Shown piece by piece: positions 20,738 through 32,338 of a stretch of DNA of 64,000 nt. The notes under the pieces were generated by a model. The model had not been told where the DNA came from and ran no database searches. It was given only the letters and a program-made list of their open reading frames with translations. Positions within the stretch are counted from its first letter, which is position 1. Each line of letters begins with the position of its first letter. The position numbers and the translations under genes were made by a program. Source of the stretch: an uncultured Acidobacteriota bacterium (GTDB taxonomy: Bacteria > Acidobacteriota > Blastocatellia > RBC074); contig CAWDDA010000008.1 in the NCBI GenBank assembly GCA_963800895.1, positions 65,581-129,580 of the forward strand, written 5' to 3'.

Positions 20738-21523
20738 TCAGAAGCTCAGCCGCTCTTTCAGCGCTCGCACTCGATCACGCGCTACCGTCAGTTCAGTATG
20801 CTTTCCGTCCTTGAGGCGTATGAGGAGTCGTGCGCCGAACCATGAGTGAATCTCTTCAATATAGTCAAGATTGAGCACGATCGCTCGGTGAATGCGAACG
20901 AAGGTCGAAGGGTCGAGCTCCTGTTCGAGTTCTGCAAGTGATCGGTCAACGATCTGGTTGCCATTCGCCGTCGCAGCAAAAGTCACTTTATCGCGAACAA
21001 AAAAATGGCTGATCTGCGCGAGTTCGATGAACCGTACCCGATCGCCGCTCCGTGTCGCAATCCGCGTTGGATAGCTGCGTGACCGTTTCTCTACGGCGGC
21101 AGTAAGCCTGGCAAAGATGGTGCGGTAATCCGGCGGAACTGAGCCGTTGCGACCTGCAACCAGCCGTTCGAGCTTGTTTAGCGCTCGATCCAACTGATCG
21201 GGCTCAACAGGCTTTAAGAGATAGTCGATCGAGTGGACCTTGAAAGCCTGAAGCGCGTAATCATCATGCGCCGTGGTGAAGACAACAAACGGCTGCCAGG
21301 CGAGCCTCTCAAGAAGATCGAAACCGGACAATCCCGGCATGTGGATGTCGAGAAACAGGGAGTCGACCTGAGTCTCGGCTAGTTGTTCGAGTGCAGCCTC
21401 GGGATCGGACGCAGCTCCAACGATTTCGACCCGGCCCGTATCCTTAAGCATTCTCGAAAGGCGTTCGAGGGCCAGGGTCTCATCGTCGACCAGAAATACG
21501 CTCAGACGCGAGGACGTGATCAT
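20738..21523 (-). CDS. LytTR-family response regulator
   Basis: VDDE, FLDIHMPGLSG, FTTAHD, DYLLKP; LytTR FVRIHR, VARDR. Confidence 0.95.
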   Translation of the reverse strand: MITSSRLSVFLVDDETLALERLSRMLKDTGRVEIVGAASDPEAALEQLAETQVDSLFLDIHMPGLSGFDLLERLAWQPFVVFTTAHDDYALQAFKVHSIDYLLKPVEPDQLDRALNKLERLVAGRNGSVPPDYRTIFARLTAAVEKRSRSYPTRIATRSGDRVRFIELAQISHFFVRDKVTFAATANGNQIVDRSLAELEQELDPSTFVRIHRAIVLNLDYIEEIHSWFGARLLIRLKDGKHTELTVARDRVRALKERLSF

Positions 21524-22674
21524 CGGAGTCTTTTGCTTCAGTGTAATGGCGCGGCAACGTGATGCTCACTGTTGCCCCGCTTTCGATGGTCGCAAACTCG
21601 AGTTTCGCGCGATTGCCATAGAGAGATCTCAGCCGGGCCTGAAGTATATCCAGCCCGTGTCCGGCTCGGATCGCTTCTGGCGAGAAACCGGGACCATCGT
21701 CGTGCACTTCGAGAACAATGTTGTCAACATCAGCCCGAGCGGTGACGCGGATCTCTCCGCCGGTTCGCCGCGGTGCGATTGCGTGTTTGACGCTGTTCTC
21801 AATGAGAGTCTGCAATGCGAAGGGTGGAATACCATAAGCATTCAGTTCATCGGGGACATCAATGCTGAATCGCAGCCTGAGATTGAATCGTGCCTGCTCG
21901 ATTGCCAGATAGTCGTTAACCAGTTTCAACTCTCGCCGTAGCGGCACCAGTTGACCTTCGTTTGTATCAAGTGAGTACCTCAGCAACGCAGCGAGCTGTT
22001 CTACCATTCTTTCCGCACGCTCGGGCTGCTCACGAATCAGCGATGATATAGAGTTGAGCGTGTTGAACAGGAAGTGGGGCCGGACGCGTGATTCAAGAGA
22101 GGAGAGTTGCGCGGCAATCGCTGTCTTGCGCGCGCGCTCCTCTGCGAGTTGCTTCGCGTGCAGCTGCATCGTCGTTGCCTCGAGTTTTGCCCGCAGATTC
22201 TGATAGAGATAAAAACTGATGCCGAAGAACAGACTCAGCATCAACGAGAATCGAAAACTGCGTCTTGTAATCGCAACATACTCGACGGGAGGGTGCACCC
22301 CCGTCGCGATCACAACCCATCCGCTGATCAATGTTCCGACAGTAGCTGCAAGCAGTATCGATCCGATCAGCAGGATCCAGTTGAGCGGAAATGGCCGGCC
22401 CGAGATGTATGCCCAGCTTTGCGAGGCGGTGTAGAACAGAATTGAGCCAATGCATACCGAATAAATGAACGAGGTCAAAAGGTACCAGTGAAAAGGGTGG
22501 GCATGAGTCTCGGGATCCGGACTGGTGCTTGAGAAGCATCGACGCAATCGTTGCCGCTAGAATCACAAAAAGCCACGACCTCCAGTCTCCAGCGAACGCG
22601 CTCTTTGCGGATCGCACAATACTGGAGGTCTTTATAACCAGGCCGACAGATAACCCCTGTGCTTTTCGCTCCAT
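21480..22674 (-). CDS. LytS/YehU-type sensor histidine kinase (frameshift near 22525)
   Basis: TM N-terminus; LESRVRPHFLFNTLN, YLAIEQARF, LQTLIENSVKH, DDGPG, GHGL. Confidence 0.92.
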
Positions 22675-22738
22675 ATCAGTGCCAGCTTAAGCCCAAAGCT
22701 TCAGAATCGAAACCTTCATTTATACCGCAACGATTCTG

Positions 22739-23287
22739 TCAATTGCTTTGCCGGAAACGGGTCAATACCGTTCGGAGCCTTGGGTCGATGCGAACCGCTT
22801 CCGCGAAGTCTCGCTCTGCGTCAGCGTTAAGCCCCATCTCAAGCCGCAGGATCCCGCGATTCATCAACGCCTTTGCAAAGTCCGGCTTGATGCGGATGGC
22901 CGTATCATAGTCTTCCATGGCGCCCGTCAGGTCATCCCGGAGATGTTTGAGTACTCCGCGGTCGTTGAGTGCTGCAGTCAGATGCGGATCTATGGAGAGC
23001 GCTTTGTTCAGATCGCGTTCTGCTTCTTCCAGCCGCTTCTGGCGGAGGTAGACGGAAGCCCTTGCGAGCCACGTGCCTGCGCGCGAAGGGTCGGTCGCAA
23101 TCGCCAGCTCGAAGTCAGCGATCGCCCTGCGCTCGTCGCCCTTTGCGAGCCACTTCGCACCCCGTTCGAGATAAGATGCAGCGGTCTCCGATCGTGAACT
23201 TTGAGCGCTGACGCATGTAACTAATCCAATCGATACAAGGGCCAGACTCAAGGCCATTGACGCCAGTATGCACTTCAACCTCGTCAT
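22739..23287 (-). CDS. Exported TPR-repeat protein
   Basis: Signal peptide; four TPR-like repeats (AIADFELAI, ALNDRG, ALMNRG). Confidence 0.88.
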   Translation of the reverse strand: MTRLKCILASMALSLALVSIGLVTCVSAQSSRSETAASYLERGAKWLAKGDERRAIADFELAIATDPSRAGTWLARASVYLRQKRLEEAERDLNKALSIDPHLTAALNDRGVLKHLRDDLTGAMEDYDTAIRIKPDFAKALMNRGILRLEMGLNADAERDFAEAVRIDPRLRTVLTRFRQSN

Positions 23288-23369
23288 TCGCTGTCCCCCT
23301 CTCTCGGAAGTAACACCTTCCGTCAGGGGAGGAACCTTAGCGTGATTTCAGCAGTGATGACACTTACGT

Positions 23370-23423
23370 CTGACCAGGGGGCAGGATGGGTGCCTGAAGG
23401 GGCAGATTGCGGGGCTGAAGGGG
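23370..23423 (-). promoter_or_regulatory. Candidate LytTR-binding direct repeats
   Basis: CCCCTTCAG twice on minus strand at 21-bp period (23415-23423, 23394-23402) and a weaker third copy near 23370; TAAGGT -10 at 23339-23334. Confidence 0.45.
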
Positions 23424-23456
23424 AGCCGGGGGAGGGTGTCGGGTTCAGGTTTTCAT

Positions 23457-23605
23457 GTTTGAGATCTGAGATTATTTGAGATTTGAGATTTGAGACTTGT
23501 CATTTGTCATCTTGATACATTTGGCGTGTCGTCTGACTTTCAAATGACAAATGACAAATCTCAAATCTCAAATCTCAAATCTCAAATCAATCTCAAATCT
23601 CAAAT
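23457..23605. repeat. Nested inverted heptamer arrays (TTTGAGA)n(TTTGTCA)n / (TGACAAA)n(TCTCAAA)n
   Basis: Direct reading. Confidence 0.9.
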
Positions 23606-23627
23606 ATGAAAGCCTGAACTCCATGCT

Positions 23628-24567
23628 TCACGCCAGCGCGGCCCTTACTTCATCAAGGAACCTGGGCACCTTTAACGCGCGGGTCTCCTTCTCCGAGTGT
23701 CTCAATTGGAAGGTAGCCTCGGTAGCCGGCTTCACGGACAATGCTCACAATGCGGCGGACGTCGGTCTTTACTTCTTTCCCGTTGAGAAAAAGATTCTCT
23801 TTGAGCTGCCATGTGGCAGCGTGGGGCGCGAGCCTGGCAATTTCGGCGTACGAATCACCGCTCCGAAAACTTCCGATGTCAAGATTGACCGCAAACCACT
23901 CTGACTTAACATCCGCGAGCACGCGGAGTACGTGGTCCGCCGTCTCGATGAAATCCGCGTGATTCTGAATCACGATCATCACGCCAAACTTGCTCGCATA
24001 GTCCGTACATTCACGGAGAGCTTCAGCAAGCCACGAATTGACCTCGTCTCTCGTCTTGTCAGGCGGCACGCCACGACCGGAGAAGACACGCAGGACAGGA
24101 GCTCCCAGCTTTGCTGAAAACTCGACCCATCGCTTCACAAGTTCGACTTCGGCTTTCCGGCGAACCGGATCTGCAATCGTAAAGTCGTTCCGAACTCCTG
24201 TTCCGCTGATATCGAGTCCAAGCCTGAACGCCTTGCGCTTGATTCGGTAAACATAGCTGTCATCCGGCACTTCAGGATATCCGGGGAAGTAATACGCAGT
24301 CGGATCGACGGCATCGAAACCAAGGTCGGCGCAAAACTCCAGTACTTCGTCCAGAGACATCTGCCGGTCACGGAGTGGTTTGTTGAATGAGTACAGATTG
24401 CAGCTCAGCTTGATGTGTGCCCGCCGAGCACGATTCGTGGTGTGTTGTGCGACAACTTTTGATGTCACCGCTGGAGCGATCACTGAGAGTGGAATCGCGG
24501 TCACGCTCTTGAGAAGGAGCCTGCGGCCATCGAGTGTTGAGTCATTCTTCGGACGTCGCAATTCCAT
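23628..24567 (-). CDS. Tat-exported sugar-phosphate isomerase/epimerase (xylose-isomerase-like TIM barrel); frameshift near 23668
   Basis: GRRLLLK; SCNLYSF, LRVFSG, IQNH, NLDIGSF, GYRGYLPIE; natural end FLDEVRAALA* at 23628. Confidence 0.85.
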
Positions 24568-24579
24568 CTCTGCTCCTTT

Positions 24580-26045
24580 TCAAAGTGTCCATCCCTGGCG
24601 ATATTCACGGCGCACAAACTGCTGCGCTTCGGCAAGGTTCACGACCTTCATCGCGGAGCTGTCCCAGACGACCTTCTTTCCAGCGCGCAACGCCAGATTT
24701 CCCAGCAACAACGTTTCGGTGATCGGACCCTCGAACTCAAAATTTGCGCCACCAGGACTGCCGCCCTTACAGGCGTCAATCCACTCGCGGCTGTTGCCCG
24801 CAGACCGTGGCAGTGTCTTCGGCGGTTGCACAAACTCCTGCATTCTCGTCTCGGGGATAAGTTTCGGATTAGCGCCATTGAACCCGCACAGTATTGTTCC
24901 GCGGTCACCAACAAAGATCAGGCCTTCGTTCTCCCTTCCCATTTGCCGGTTCTCTTCGAGCTCAGGTGGTCGAGGCGGTCTCAAGCCGCCGTCATACCAG
25001 GTCAGCCTCACCGGTGGCATATCGGCGCGTGCCGGAAAGCGGAAGTGGATCATTGACGCAACGGGAAAAGTCTCGCGAAATACGCGTGTCGAACTTGCTT
25101 CAACACTCTCGGGTGCACCGAGCTTCAGGACGCGGTGAATTGTGTCAAAGCTGTAACACCCCATGTCTCCCAGGGCTCCATTTCCAAAATCGAACCAGCC
25201 ACGCCATGCAAAAGGGAGATATGCCCGGTTGTATGGTCGAAAGGGCGCTGGTCCAAGCCACAAATCCCAATCAAGGGCCGAGGGCACCGGTTCCTCGCTA
25301 ACGGGCCGCTCCATTCCCTGTTGCCAGAATGGCCGAGTCGACCAGTTATGCACTTCGCGCACGGGCCCGATCGCGCCCGACCAGATCCATTCGCACAAGA
25401 GCCGTGTAGCCTCTGACGCCTGATTGCCGACAGCAACCTGAGTCGCGACTTTTGTTTCTCTCGCAACTTCGGCAAGACGCCGTGCTTCATAAATGGAATG
25501 CGACAAAGGTTTCTGACAGAAGACGTGCTTGCGCTTTTTCATCGATGCAGTCGCGATCATCGCGTGAGAATGATCCGGAGTAGCGATGATCACAGCATTC
25601 AGGTCTTTCTCTTTCTCAAGCAGCTCACGGTAATCGATGTATGCAGCGCAACTCTTGAAAGCGCCTGACTCAGACTGTTTCGCGTAGTAGGCATCGACCA
25701 GCCGGCGCGCAGGCTCACGCCCGGCAGTCGGCCCTTTCCAGTCCTGACCCCAACCCGTGTTGCCAACAAGCGCGCGTTCCTTGTCACGAAGCTCGTTGTC
25801 ATTCCACTCAACATAATCGCTGCTCGCTGCGTTTACATCACAGACAGCTACAACCTGAATGTCTGGCTCCTTCAGGAAATCCATCATGACGCGCGTGCCC
25901 TGCGCGCCGACGCCGATACAGGCCACAGTTACCTTGTCGGCTGGAGCAATACGTCCACGCCCTCCGAGCACATGGCGCGGGATAATGGTCAATGCCGCCG
26001 CAGATGCTGCACCACCAAGAAAGCTCGCCGATCTCGAATTGGCAT
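24580..26045 (-). CDS. Tat-exported Gfo/Idh/MocA oxidoreductase (frameshift near 26020 in the signal peptide)
   Basis: MPIRDRRAF-LGGAASAAALTIIPRHVLGG; IGVGAQG, ATPDHSH, FCQKP, WDLWLGPAP, GALGDMGC. Confidence 0.9.
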
Positions 26046-26120
26046 GACGGATTGATTTGTTCGGAGTTCAAGCTTTCAGCTTGCTGCGCTGCAAGCTAAA
26101 GCTTGAACTCGAAACGATAA

Positions 26121-27053
26121 TTATCTGCTGGCTGACATTTCGTTGCGCACGCGCTCGAGGAGCTTCTTCGTAGCACGTATGCCATCGTGTTCGCTGAGCA
26201 CATTGCCGCTGTACTCAATGCCGACGTATCCACGATAACCGGCATCGAGTACGATCTTCATCATCCGCCGGTAATCGATACGAGTTTCATTCCCCTGCTC
26301 ATCAAAAGACCCTGACTTGGCACTGACGCCCTTGGCGAATGGCATCAATTCTTTAACTCCCTGGTAGAGGTCGTATTGCTTACCGTTACCGAGATTGAAA
26401 TTTCCAAAGTCGGGCAATGTTCCGCAACGAGGATGGTTGACTTTTTGGATGACGGACGCGAGCCAGGCACCGTTAGAGGACAAGCCACCATGATTCTCGA
26501 CAATGACATTGATTTCGCGGCTGGCTCCGAACTCTGTCAGCCTGCGGAGCCCGTCGGCAGCACGGGCGAGTTGCTCTTCGTAGCTCCCCTGGCTCTGCGC
26601 GTTGACGCGGATCGAATGACAGCCAAGAAACTTTGCAGCCTCAACCCACTTGTAATGATTCTCGACTGCCTGCTTTCGCTTCGTTTCGTCCGCGTCTCCA
26701 AGTGCGCCTTCATTGTCGATCATGATGAGGACATTCTTCACTCCAAGGTCACTGGCGCGCTTTTTCATCTCGGAAAGGTACTTCTGATCAGTGGCCTTGT
26801 CCTTGAAGAATTGATTGACATACTCGACGGCATCGATTGCGAAGTCATTCTTCGCTGTTTTCGCGAAATCGAGGTTGTCGAGTTTTCCAGCAAAAAGGGT
26901 ACGATTCAGGGACCACTCCGCCAGTGATATAGCGAAGAGCGGCTGTTTCGACTGGGCATAGACGTGATCGCCGGCCATGCTCATGATTCCGACTTCCGCT
27001 GCGAAGAATGCAGATCGTCCCAGAAATTCGCGGCGATCGATGGGCGAGATCAT
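26121..27053 (-). CDS. Tat-exported sugar-phosphate isomerase/epimerase (TIM barrel)
   Basis: DRREFL; [28 protein letters not shown]; GGAGGA RBS. Confidence 0.9.
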   Translation of the reverse strand: MISPIDRREFLGRSAFFAAEVGIMSMAGDHVYAQSKQPLFAISLAEWSLNRTLFAGKLDNLDFAKTAKNDFAIDAVEYVNQFFKDKATDQKYLSEMKKRASDLGVKNVLIMIDNEGALGDADETKRKQAVENHYKWVEAAKFLGCHSIRVNAQSQGSYEEQLARAADGLRRLTEFGASREINVIVENHGGLSSNGAWLASVIQKVNHPRCGTLPDFGNFNLGNGKQYDLYQGVKELMPFAKGVSAKSGSFDEQGNETRIDYRRMMKIVLDAGYRGYVGIEYSGNVLSEHDGIRATKKLLERVRNEMSASR

Positions 27054-27205
27054 TGGTGTAATCCTCCGTGACAATGAAACTTCAGTTACCTGGGAGCGTC
27101 GGTCTCCCAACCTGAAGAAGCACTTCAAGCCTTCCGCTTTCGGTCTCTCGTAGGCTAGGCTGGGAGCTGTCTAACGCTTGTTATTCTACAATTAAGTTCG
27201 GAGGA

Positions 27206-28918
27206 ATGATGAAGAGAAAAGGTCTTTATTTGTTTTGGCTGGCAAGTTTGTCGGTCGTTGTCGCGTCGTGCGCATCCGAGGCACCGCGCACAGAGAAAGT
27301 ATCGTCGTCACCGTCTGCTGCATCCGCGCTTTCGAGCATAACAAGCGATGGTCTGCTCAATCACACCAAAGTACTTGCCTCGGACGAATACGACGGTCGA
27401 GCTCCCGGGACAAGGGGTGAAGAGTTGACGGTAAACTACCTGACTGAACAGTTCAAGAAGCTCGGTCTCAAGCCGGGAAACCCTGATGGAACATATGTTC
27501 AGAAAGTTCCACTCGCGGGCTTCACGCCGAAGCCGACACTTTCCTTTGTTGCCGGCGGAAAGCCAGTGAACCTTGACTACTCGACCGATTACATTGCGCG
27601 TTCTTTGCGCTACACGCCTGAAGTGAAGGTCGAAAACTCAGATGTCGTTTTTGTCGGATATGGCGTTGTAGCACCCGAGTACGGCTGGGACGATTTCAAA
27701 GGTGTCGATGTAAAAGGCAAGACAATTGTGTTTCTGGTGAACGACCCGGCGTTACCTGATCCCTCAGATCCGGCCAGGCTCGATGAGAAGATGTTCAAAG
27801 GAAAGGCGATGACCTACTACGGGCGCTGGACCTACAAGTTCGAGATTGCATCTGAGAAGGGCGCCGCGGCAGCCATAGTGGTTCACGAAACGGGACCGGC
27901 CGGTTATCCATTTGGAGCACTGGCAAGCTGGCGAGGCGAGAACTTCGATATTCGTGCTGTCGATAAGAACATGAGCCGCGTTTCGGCCGAGGCGTGGATC
28001 ACAGACACCAAGGCGAGAGAGTTGTTTCGAGCTGCAGGAAAGGACTTTGATGAGCTCAAGAAATCTGCTCTCAGCCGGGATTTCAAGCCCGTTACGCTCG
28101 GTGCGAAAGCGAATTTGTCGATCAAGACCTCATTGCGGGAAATTGATTCACACAATGTAGCGGCGAAGATCGAGGGATCGGATCCAAAGCTCAAGGATGA
28201 ATATCTTATATATTCGGCGCACTGGGATCACATGGGCCGCGATCCAAAACTTACGGGTGATCAGATATTCAATGGTGCCCTTGACAATGCGTCTGGTACT
28301 GCAGGTTTGCTCGAGATAGCTAAGGCATTTACAAAGCTCGAGACGCCGCCAAAGCGATCCGTCCTTTTCCTCGCGGTGACAGCAGAAGAGAAAGGCCTGC
28401 TTGGCGCGAAATACTATGGTCATAACCCGCTCTACCCGCTCGAGCGGACAGTTGCCAACATCAACATGGATGGGGTCAATCAATGGGGCCGGACGAGCGA
28501 TCTGGTCGTCATCGGACTCGGAAACTCGACGCTTGATGATGTCATCACTGAAACTGCGAAGGCGCAAGGTCGTACGATCAAGCCCGATGCTGAACCGGAA
28601 AAAGGATTTTTCTACCGCTCGGATCATTTCGAATTTGCGAAGCAGGGCGTTCCGGCCCTTTACACGGATTCAGGCGGGGATTACATCGGCAAGCCGACGG
28701 ATTACGGGAAGACGAAACGCGACGAATACACTGCAAACGACTACCACAAAGTCACCGATGAGGTGAAACCGGACTGGGATCTGTCCGGAGCTGTTGAAGA
28801 CCTGCGGCTTCTTTTCGAAACCGGATACAAAGTAGCTCAGGCCGACAAGTGGCCGGAGTGGAAGCCGGGCACCGAGTTCAAAGCAAAGCGTGAAGCGATG
28901 CTCAAGACGCCAGGATAA
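27206..28918 (+). CDS. M28-family aminopeptidase lipoprotein with PA domain
   Basis: Lipobox VASC; [34 protein letters not shown]. Confidence 0.93.
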   Translation: MMKRKGLYLFWLASLSVVVASCASEAPRTEKVSSSPSAASALSSITSDGLLNHTKVLASDEYDGRAPGTRGEELTVNYLTEQFKKLGLKPGNPDGTYVQKVPLAGFTPKPTLSFVAGGKPVNLDYSTDYIARSLRYTPEVKVENSDVVFVGYGVVAPEYGWDDFKGVDVKGKTIVFLVNDPALPDPSDPARLDEKMFKGKAMTYYGRWTYKFEIASEKGAAAAIVVHETGPAGYPFGALASWRGENFDIRAVDKNMSRVSAEAWITDTKARELFRAAGKDFDELKKSALSRDFKPVTLGAKANLSIKTSLREIDSHNVAAKIEGSDPKLKDEYLIYSAHWDHMGRDPKLTGDQIFNGALDNASGTAGLLEIAKAFTKLETPPKRSVLFLAVTAEEKGLLGAKYYGHNPLYPLERTVANINMDGVNQWGRTSDLVVIGLGNSTLDDVITETAKAQGRTIKPDAEPEKGFFYRSDHFEFAKQGVPALYTDSGGDYIGKPTDYGKTKRDEYTANDYHKVTDEVKPDWDLSGAVEDLRLLFETGYKVAQADKWPEWKPGTEFKAKREAMLKTPG

Positions 28919-28987
28919 AACGGCGACTTCGCACGCGCCTTGGAGCGCCAGGCTGGAGCCAGGCGCTCCCCGTGGTAATCACTGAGA

Positions 28988-29734
28988 ATGATTGGCTCAT
29001 TGATTGTCTACTCAGGTTTCCTCATCTCGTTAGCGGGGCTCTTTCTCGTCATACGGCCAGTCCGACGCCTTGGCATTACAAAACGATCGCGCGGCCTGGC
29101 AGTAGCAGGAGCCGGTGCGGCGATGGCGATCATCGGCTTACTGGCACCAGCATCAGAGTCACGGGTAACCCGGACCGGAACGCGTCTCGACGAATTCGCT
29201 CCTCGCTGGCAGTTTCGCGAATACCACTCGATCAGAATCGCTGCTCCACCAGAGCGTGTTTTCGAAGCGATCAAACAGGTGAGGGCTGACGAGATCGCTC
29301 TTTTCCACGCATTGACATGGCTCCGTCGAGGAGGGCGGCCGCTGCCGGAAAGCATTCTGAACGCCGGTAATCGTGACTCGTTGATTGACGTGGCTACACG
29401 AAGTGGCTTCCTGTCACTCGCCGACGACCGTCCTACTGAGTTGGTGATCGGTACTGCTGTTGTTGCGCCACCTGGCATGCGCGGAACGCTGACGCCGGAA
29501 ACCTTCCGAAAGGAATTGGCACAAGGATTCGCTCTGGCTACGATGAACTTCCTCGTTTCACCGGACGGGCCAAACGGTTCGCTGGTGTCGACTGAGACGC
29601 GCGTGTTTGCGAATAGTGACTCAGCCCGGCGACAGTTTGCTGCTTACTGGCGAGTCATTTATCCCGGCAGCGCCATAATTCGCCGGATGTGGCTGCGTGC
29701 GATTAGCCGACGAGCGATGAACGACAAGCCGTAA
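28988..29734 (+). CDS. Membrane-anchored hypothetical protein, START/SRPBCC-like (DUF2867-like) domain
   Basis: Two N-terminal TMs; EYHSIRIAAPPERVFEAI, STETRV, FAAYWRVI. Confidence 0.65.
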   Translation: MIGSLIVYSGFLISLAGLFLVIRPVRRLGITKRSRGLAVAGAGAAMAIIGLLAPASESRVTRTGTRLDEFAPRWQFREYHSIRIAAPPERVFEAIKQVRADEIALFHALTWLRRGGRPLPESILNAGNRDSLIDVATRSGFLSLADDRPTELVIGTAVVAPPGMRGTLTPETFRKELAQGFALATMNFLVSPDGPNGSLVSTETRVFANSDSARRQFAAYWRVIYPGSAIIRRMWLRAISRRAMNDKP

Positions 29735-29746
29735 GACTATTACCGG

Positions 29747-30700
29747 ATGGCGAAAAAGACGATAACGCTGATCATATTTGGTGCTGATCGCGCGTTATGG
29801 ACGGGCTCAAAGGCAAAGCTCACCGTCACCGATCTTAGCCGGTCCCCGCTCAGGGTATTAAAGCAACAGAACCTGAAACCGGGCACGTCGACTGTCATCA
29901 TTCATCTCGATCTACATTTCGACGCGGGCCAGGTTTATGGGCTGTCAATCGACGTTCCCAAACACCGCTCCGCCTGGCAGTTGATCAATCGTCGGTCTTT
30001 TCTGCGGCGCGAAAGTTCAACTGAAGTTGAAGGCAACGACATCATCGTCAGGTTGATGCTTCTTCCCCGGAAGACTACATCCTCCGATTTGACTCTTGGA
30101 TATGAACGAATGCTCGAGGCGGGATCCCCCCTGACCGCCGGCGATCCGGCATTGAGCGAGGAAGAGTATCTTGCCATGTCTGTGGCTCGGCAGATGGCGC
30201 TCCTCAATGTCGAAGCAAAACTGCGAGAGACTCTGGTCCTTGGAGTTTCGGTGGCCTCATATGTAAAAGGTATGCGCTATGTTGCTGCGGACCGCGTCTT
30301 TCTCTTTGTTCATACCTCATTGAAACAGCTTGTCGAACTCTCTCCCGATTTCGCAAGTGTGCGGGGGCACAAGTCGCCGGACGATGTGCCGGTTCAATTG
30401 CCCGCACATCCCGAGAGCTGGAAGCATCGAGGTTTCGGTGCGGGCAACCTGCAGCTATCGTTTTCGCGTGAGTCGCAAACACTGCCGTCCGATCCCAGTC
30501 AGCCGATATTCTCCGTTGACGCTGATATCGATTTGGCCACAGGTCTGGATCACGTCATTGAGTGGCTGAAGAATAATGTTTTCGAGCCGGGTAACAAGAC
30601 CGACCAGTTTCGGGTATATGCGTTGCTCTTCGCGCAGAATGTTACTCCATACTACACACTCGACCCATTGCCCGCGCCGGGAAGTCGGCGATTGAGCTAG
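29747..30700 (+). CDS. Hypothetical protein
   Basis: 317-aa ORF tightly packed in operon; C-terminal HPESWK, GNLQLSF, DADID...H motifs. Confidence 0.75.
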   Translation: MAKKTITLIIFGADRALWTGSKAKLTVTDLSRSPLRVLKQQNLKPGTSTVIIHLDLHFDAGQVYGLSIDVPKHRSAWQLINRRSFLRRESSTEVEGNDIIVRLMLLPRKTTSSDLTLGYERMLEAGSPLTAGDPALSEEEYLAMSVARQMALLNVEAKLRETLVLGVSVASYVKGMRYVAADRVFLFVHTSLKQLVELSPDFASVRGHKSPDDVPVQLPAHPESWKHRGFGAGNLQLSFSRESQTLPSDPSQPIFSVDADIDLATGLDHVIEWLKNNVFEPGNKTDQFRVYALLFAQNVTPYYTLDPLPAPGSRRLS

Positions 30701-30718
30701 ACAGAGGAGAAGACACTC

Positions 30719-31342
30719 ATGAGCACTCGGAGGCGGGCATTCATCGGGTTGAAAGCCAGGACCGGGCGGGCAATATTCGTGGTGATTGAAGACCTGCGTG
30801 ATGTCTCCCAACCTCGGGTTCTCAAAAAAGGAGAGCTCGTTCTCACCGATCCGAAGGTCGCCGCTACGTTTCAACCCTATCACGCCGTGCTCGAGCTTCC
30901 CTGGGAGCGTGCGAAAACTGCGGTGCGCAAGACGGCCGCTATTGTTGAAGCGACCGCAACGAAGTCGCTTTCGTCACTTGTGCGCCAGGTTGCTTCCGAC
31001 AATGTTGAGGTTTGTGGAGTGGGAATTGTCGGGGCGCCGGATCGCAATCTGGACGCGATCGGAGGACCGCACATCCGGGCACACGCGGCCGAAGGGTTGT
31101 TGTTTCGTCAGGTACTGGACGCGGCCGTGGACGCACACAAACTTCACCGGCGCACTTTTCCCGAACGCGATCTTGTCGAGATTGCGATCTCAGAGCTTGG
31201 CAGGGATAGTGATTGGATCAAACGCCGTCTCGATGAAATGGGTCATAGTGTCGAACGGCCGTGGAGGGCGGACGAAAAGTCCGCGACACTGGCGGCGTGG
31301 CTAACGCTGGCAGCACAATCGTCTCGGAGGAGGAATCGATGA
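30719..31342 (+). CDS. Hypothetical protein (possible RNase H-like fold)
   Basis: AFIGLKARTGRAIFVV, QPYH, HAAEGLLFR, PWRADEK; GAGGAG RBS. Confidence 0.7.
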   Translation: MSTRRRAFIGLKARTGRAIFVVIEDLRDVSQPRVLKKGELVLTDPKVAATFQPYHAVLELPWERAKTAVRKTAAIVEATATKSLSSLVRQVASDNVEVCGVGIVGAPDRNLDAIGGPHIRAHAAEGLLFRQVLDAAVDAHKLHRRTFPERDLVEIAISELGRDSDWIKRRLDEMGHSVERPWRADEKSATLAAWLTLAAQSSRRRNR

Positions 31343-32268
31343 ACACATTGGCTGATCAGAAGGCTAACGCCTGGCCCGATTTGCAACTAAGCGCGTGGAG
31401 TGATACGTGCTCAACGCTTCACCTGTGGACCCAGATCGTCGGGAAAGTTCGGATGAGCCTCAGTCCGCCGCTGAATCATTCATGGCATGTAACTCTCTAC
31501 GTTACGAGCAGAGGGCTTACAACGTCGCCCATTCCGCACGGACTGAGAACCTTCGAGGTGAAGTTTGACTTTCTTGATCATCGACTTCTGATCGAAGCGA
31601 GTGACGGGCGCACCGCAGGCTTTGAGCTTGAGCCGCAATCAGTTGCGGCATTTTACAAACGGCTTATGCGCGAACTGGACGATCTGGATCTGCACGTGTC
31701 GATTAACCGCAAGCCAAACGAAGTTTCAGAAGCGATTCCATTTGATCAGGACGAATCGCATGCAGCCTACGACCGTGACTATGCCAACCGGTTCTGGCGA
31801 GTGCTCGTGCAGGCCGACCGTCTCTTCAAAACGTTCCGCTCGCGCTTTATCGGCAAGTGCAGTCCAGTCCACTTTTTCTGGGGTGCACCCGACCTCGCTG
31901 TCACCCGTTTCTCAGGGAGGCGAGCCCCGGAACATCCCGGCGGTGTTCCCAACCTGCCCGACACGATCGCAATAGAAGCCTACTCGCACGAAGTCAGCAG
32001 TTGCGGGTTCTGGCCGGGCGGCGGCCCAATTCAATACCCTGCCTTCTATTCCTACGCCTATCCGGAACCTTCTGGATTCTCAGAGGTTACTGTCAAGCCC
32101 GCATCGGCATTCTATAGTACTGACTTGCGGGAATTCATACTTCCTTATTCGAGCGTTCAGGAGGCTGAATCGCCGGACGAGACGGTTCTTACGTTCTTGC
32201 AGACGACCTATGAAGCGGCGGCAGACCTCGCGCTGTGGGATCGAACCTCGCTCGAATGGAAACCTTAA
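31339..32268 (+). CDS. DUF5996 (Ava_C0101-like) family protein
   Basis: TLHLWTQIVGK, NHSWHVTLY, SPVHFFWG, DLAVTRFSG, AYSHEVSSCGFWPG; GGAGGAGG RBS, ATGA overlap. Confidence 0.85.
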   Translation: MNTLADQKANAWPDLQLSAWSDTCSTLHLWTQIVGKVRMSLSPPLNHSWHVTLYVTSRGLTTSPIPHGLRTFEVKFDFLDHRLLIEASDGRTAGFELEPQSVAAFYKRLMRELDDLDLHVSINRKPNEVSEAIPFDQDESHAAYDRDYANRFWRVLVQADRLFKTFRSRFIGKCSPVHFFWGAPDLAVTRFSGRRAPEHPGGVPNLPDTIAIEAYSHEVSSCGFWPGGGPIQYPAFYSYAYPEPSGFSEVTVKPASAFYSTDLREFILPYSSVQEAESPDETVLTFLQTTYEAAADLALWDRTSLEWKP

Positions 32269-32338
32269 AAGGAACCCTCAAGGGAAAAGGGCCCCACCAT
32301 TCCGCCTATAAGGCGGTACAACGTGCCGTAGAAAAAAG

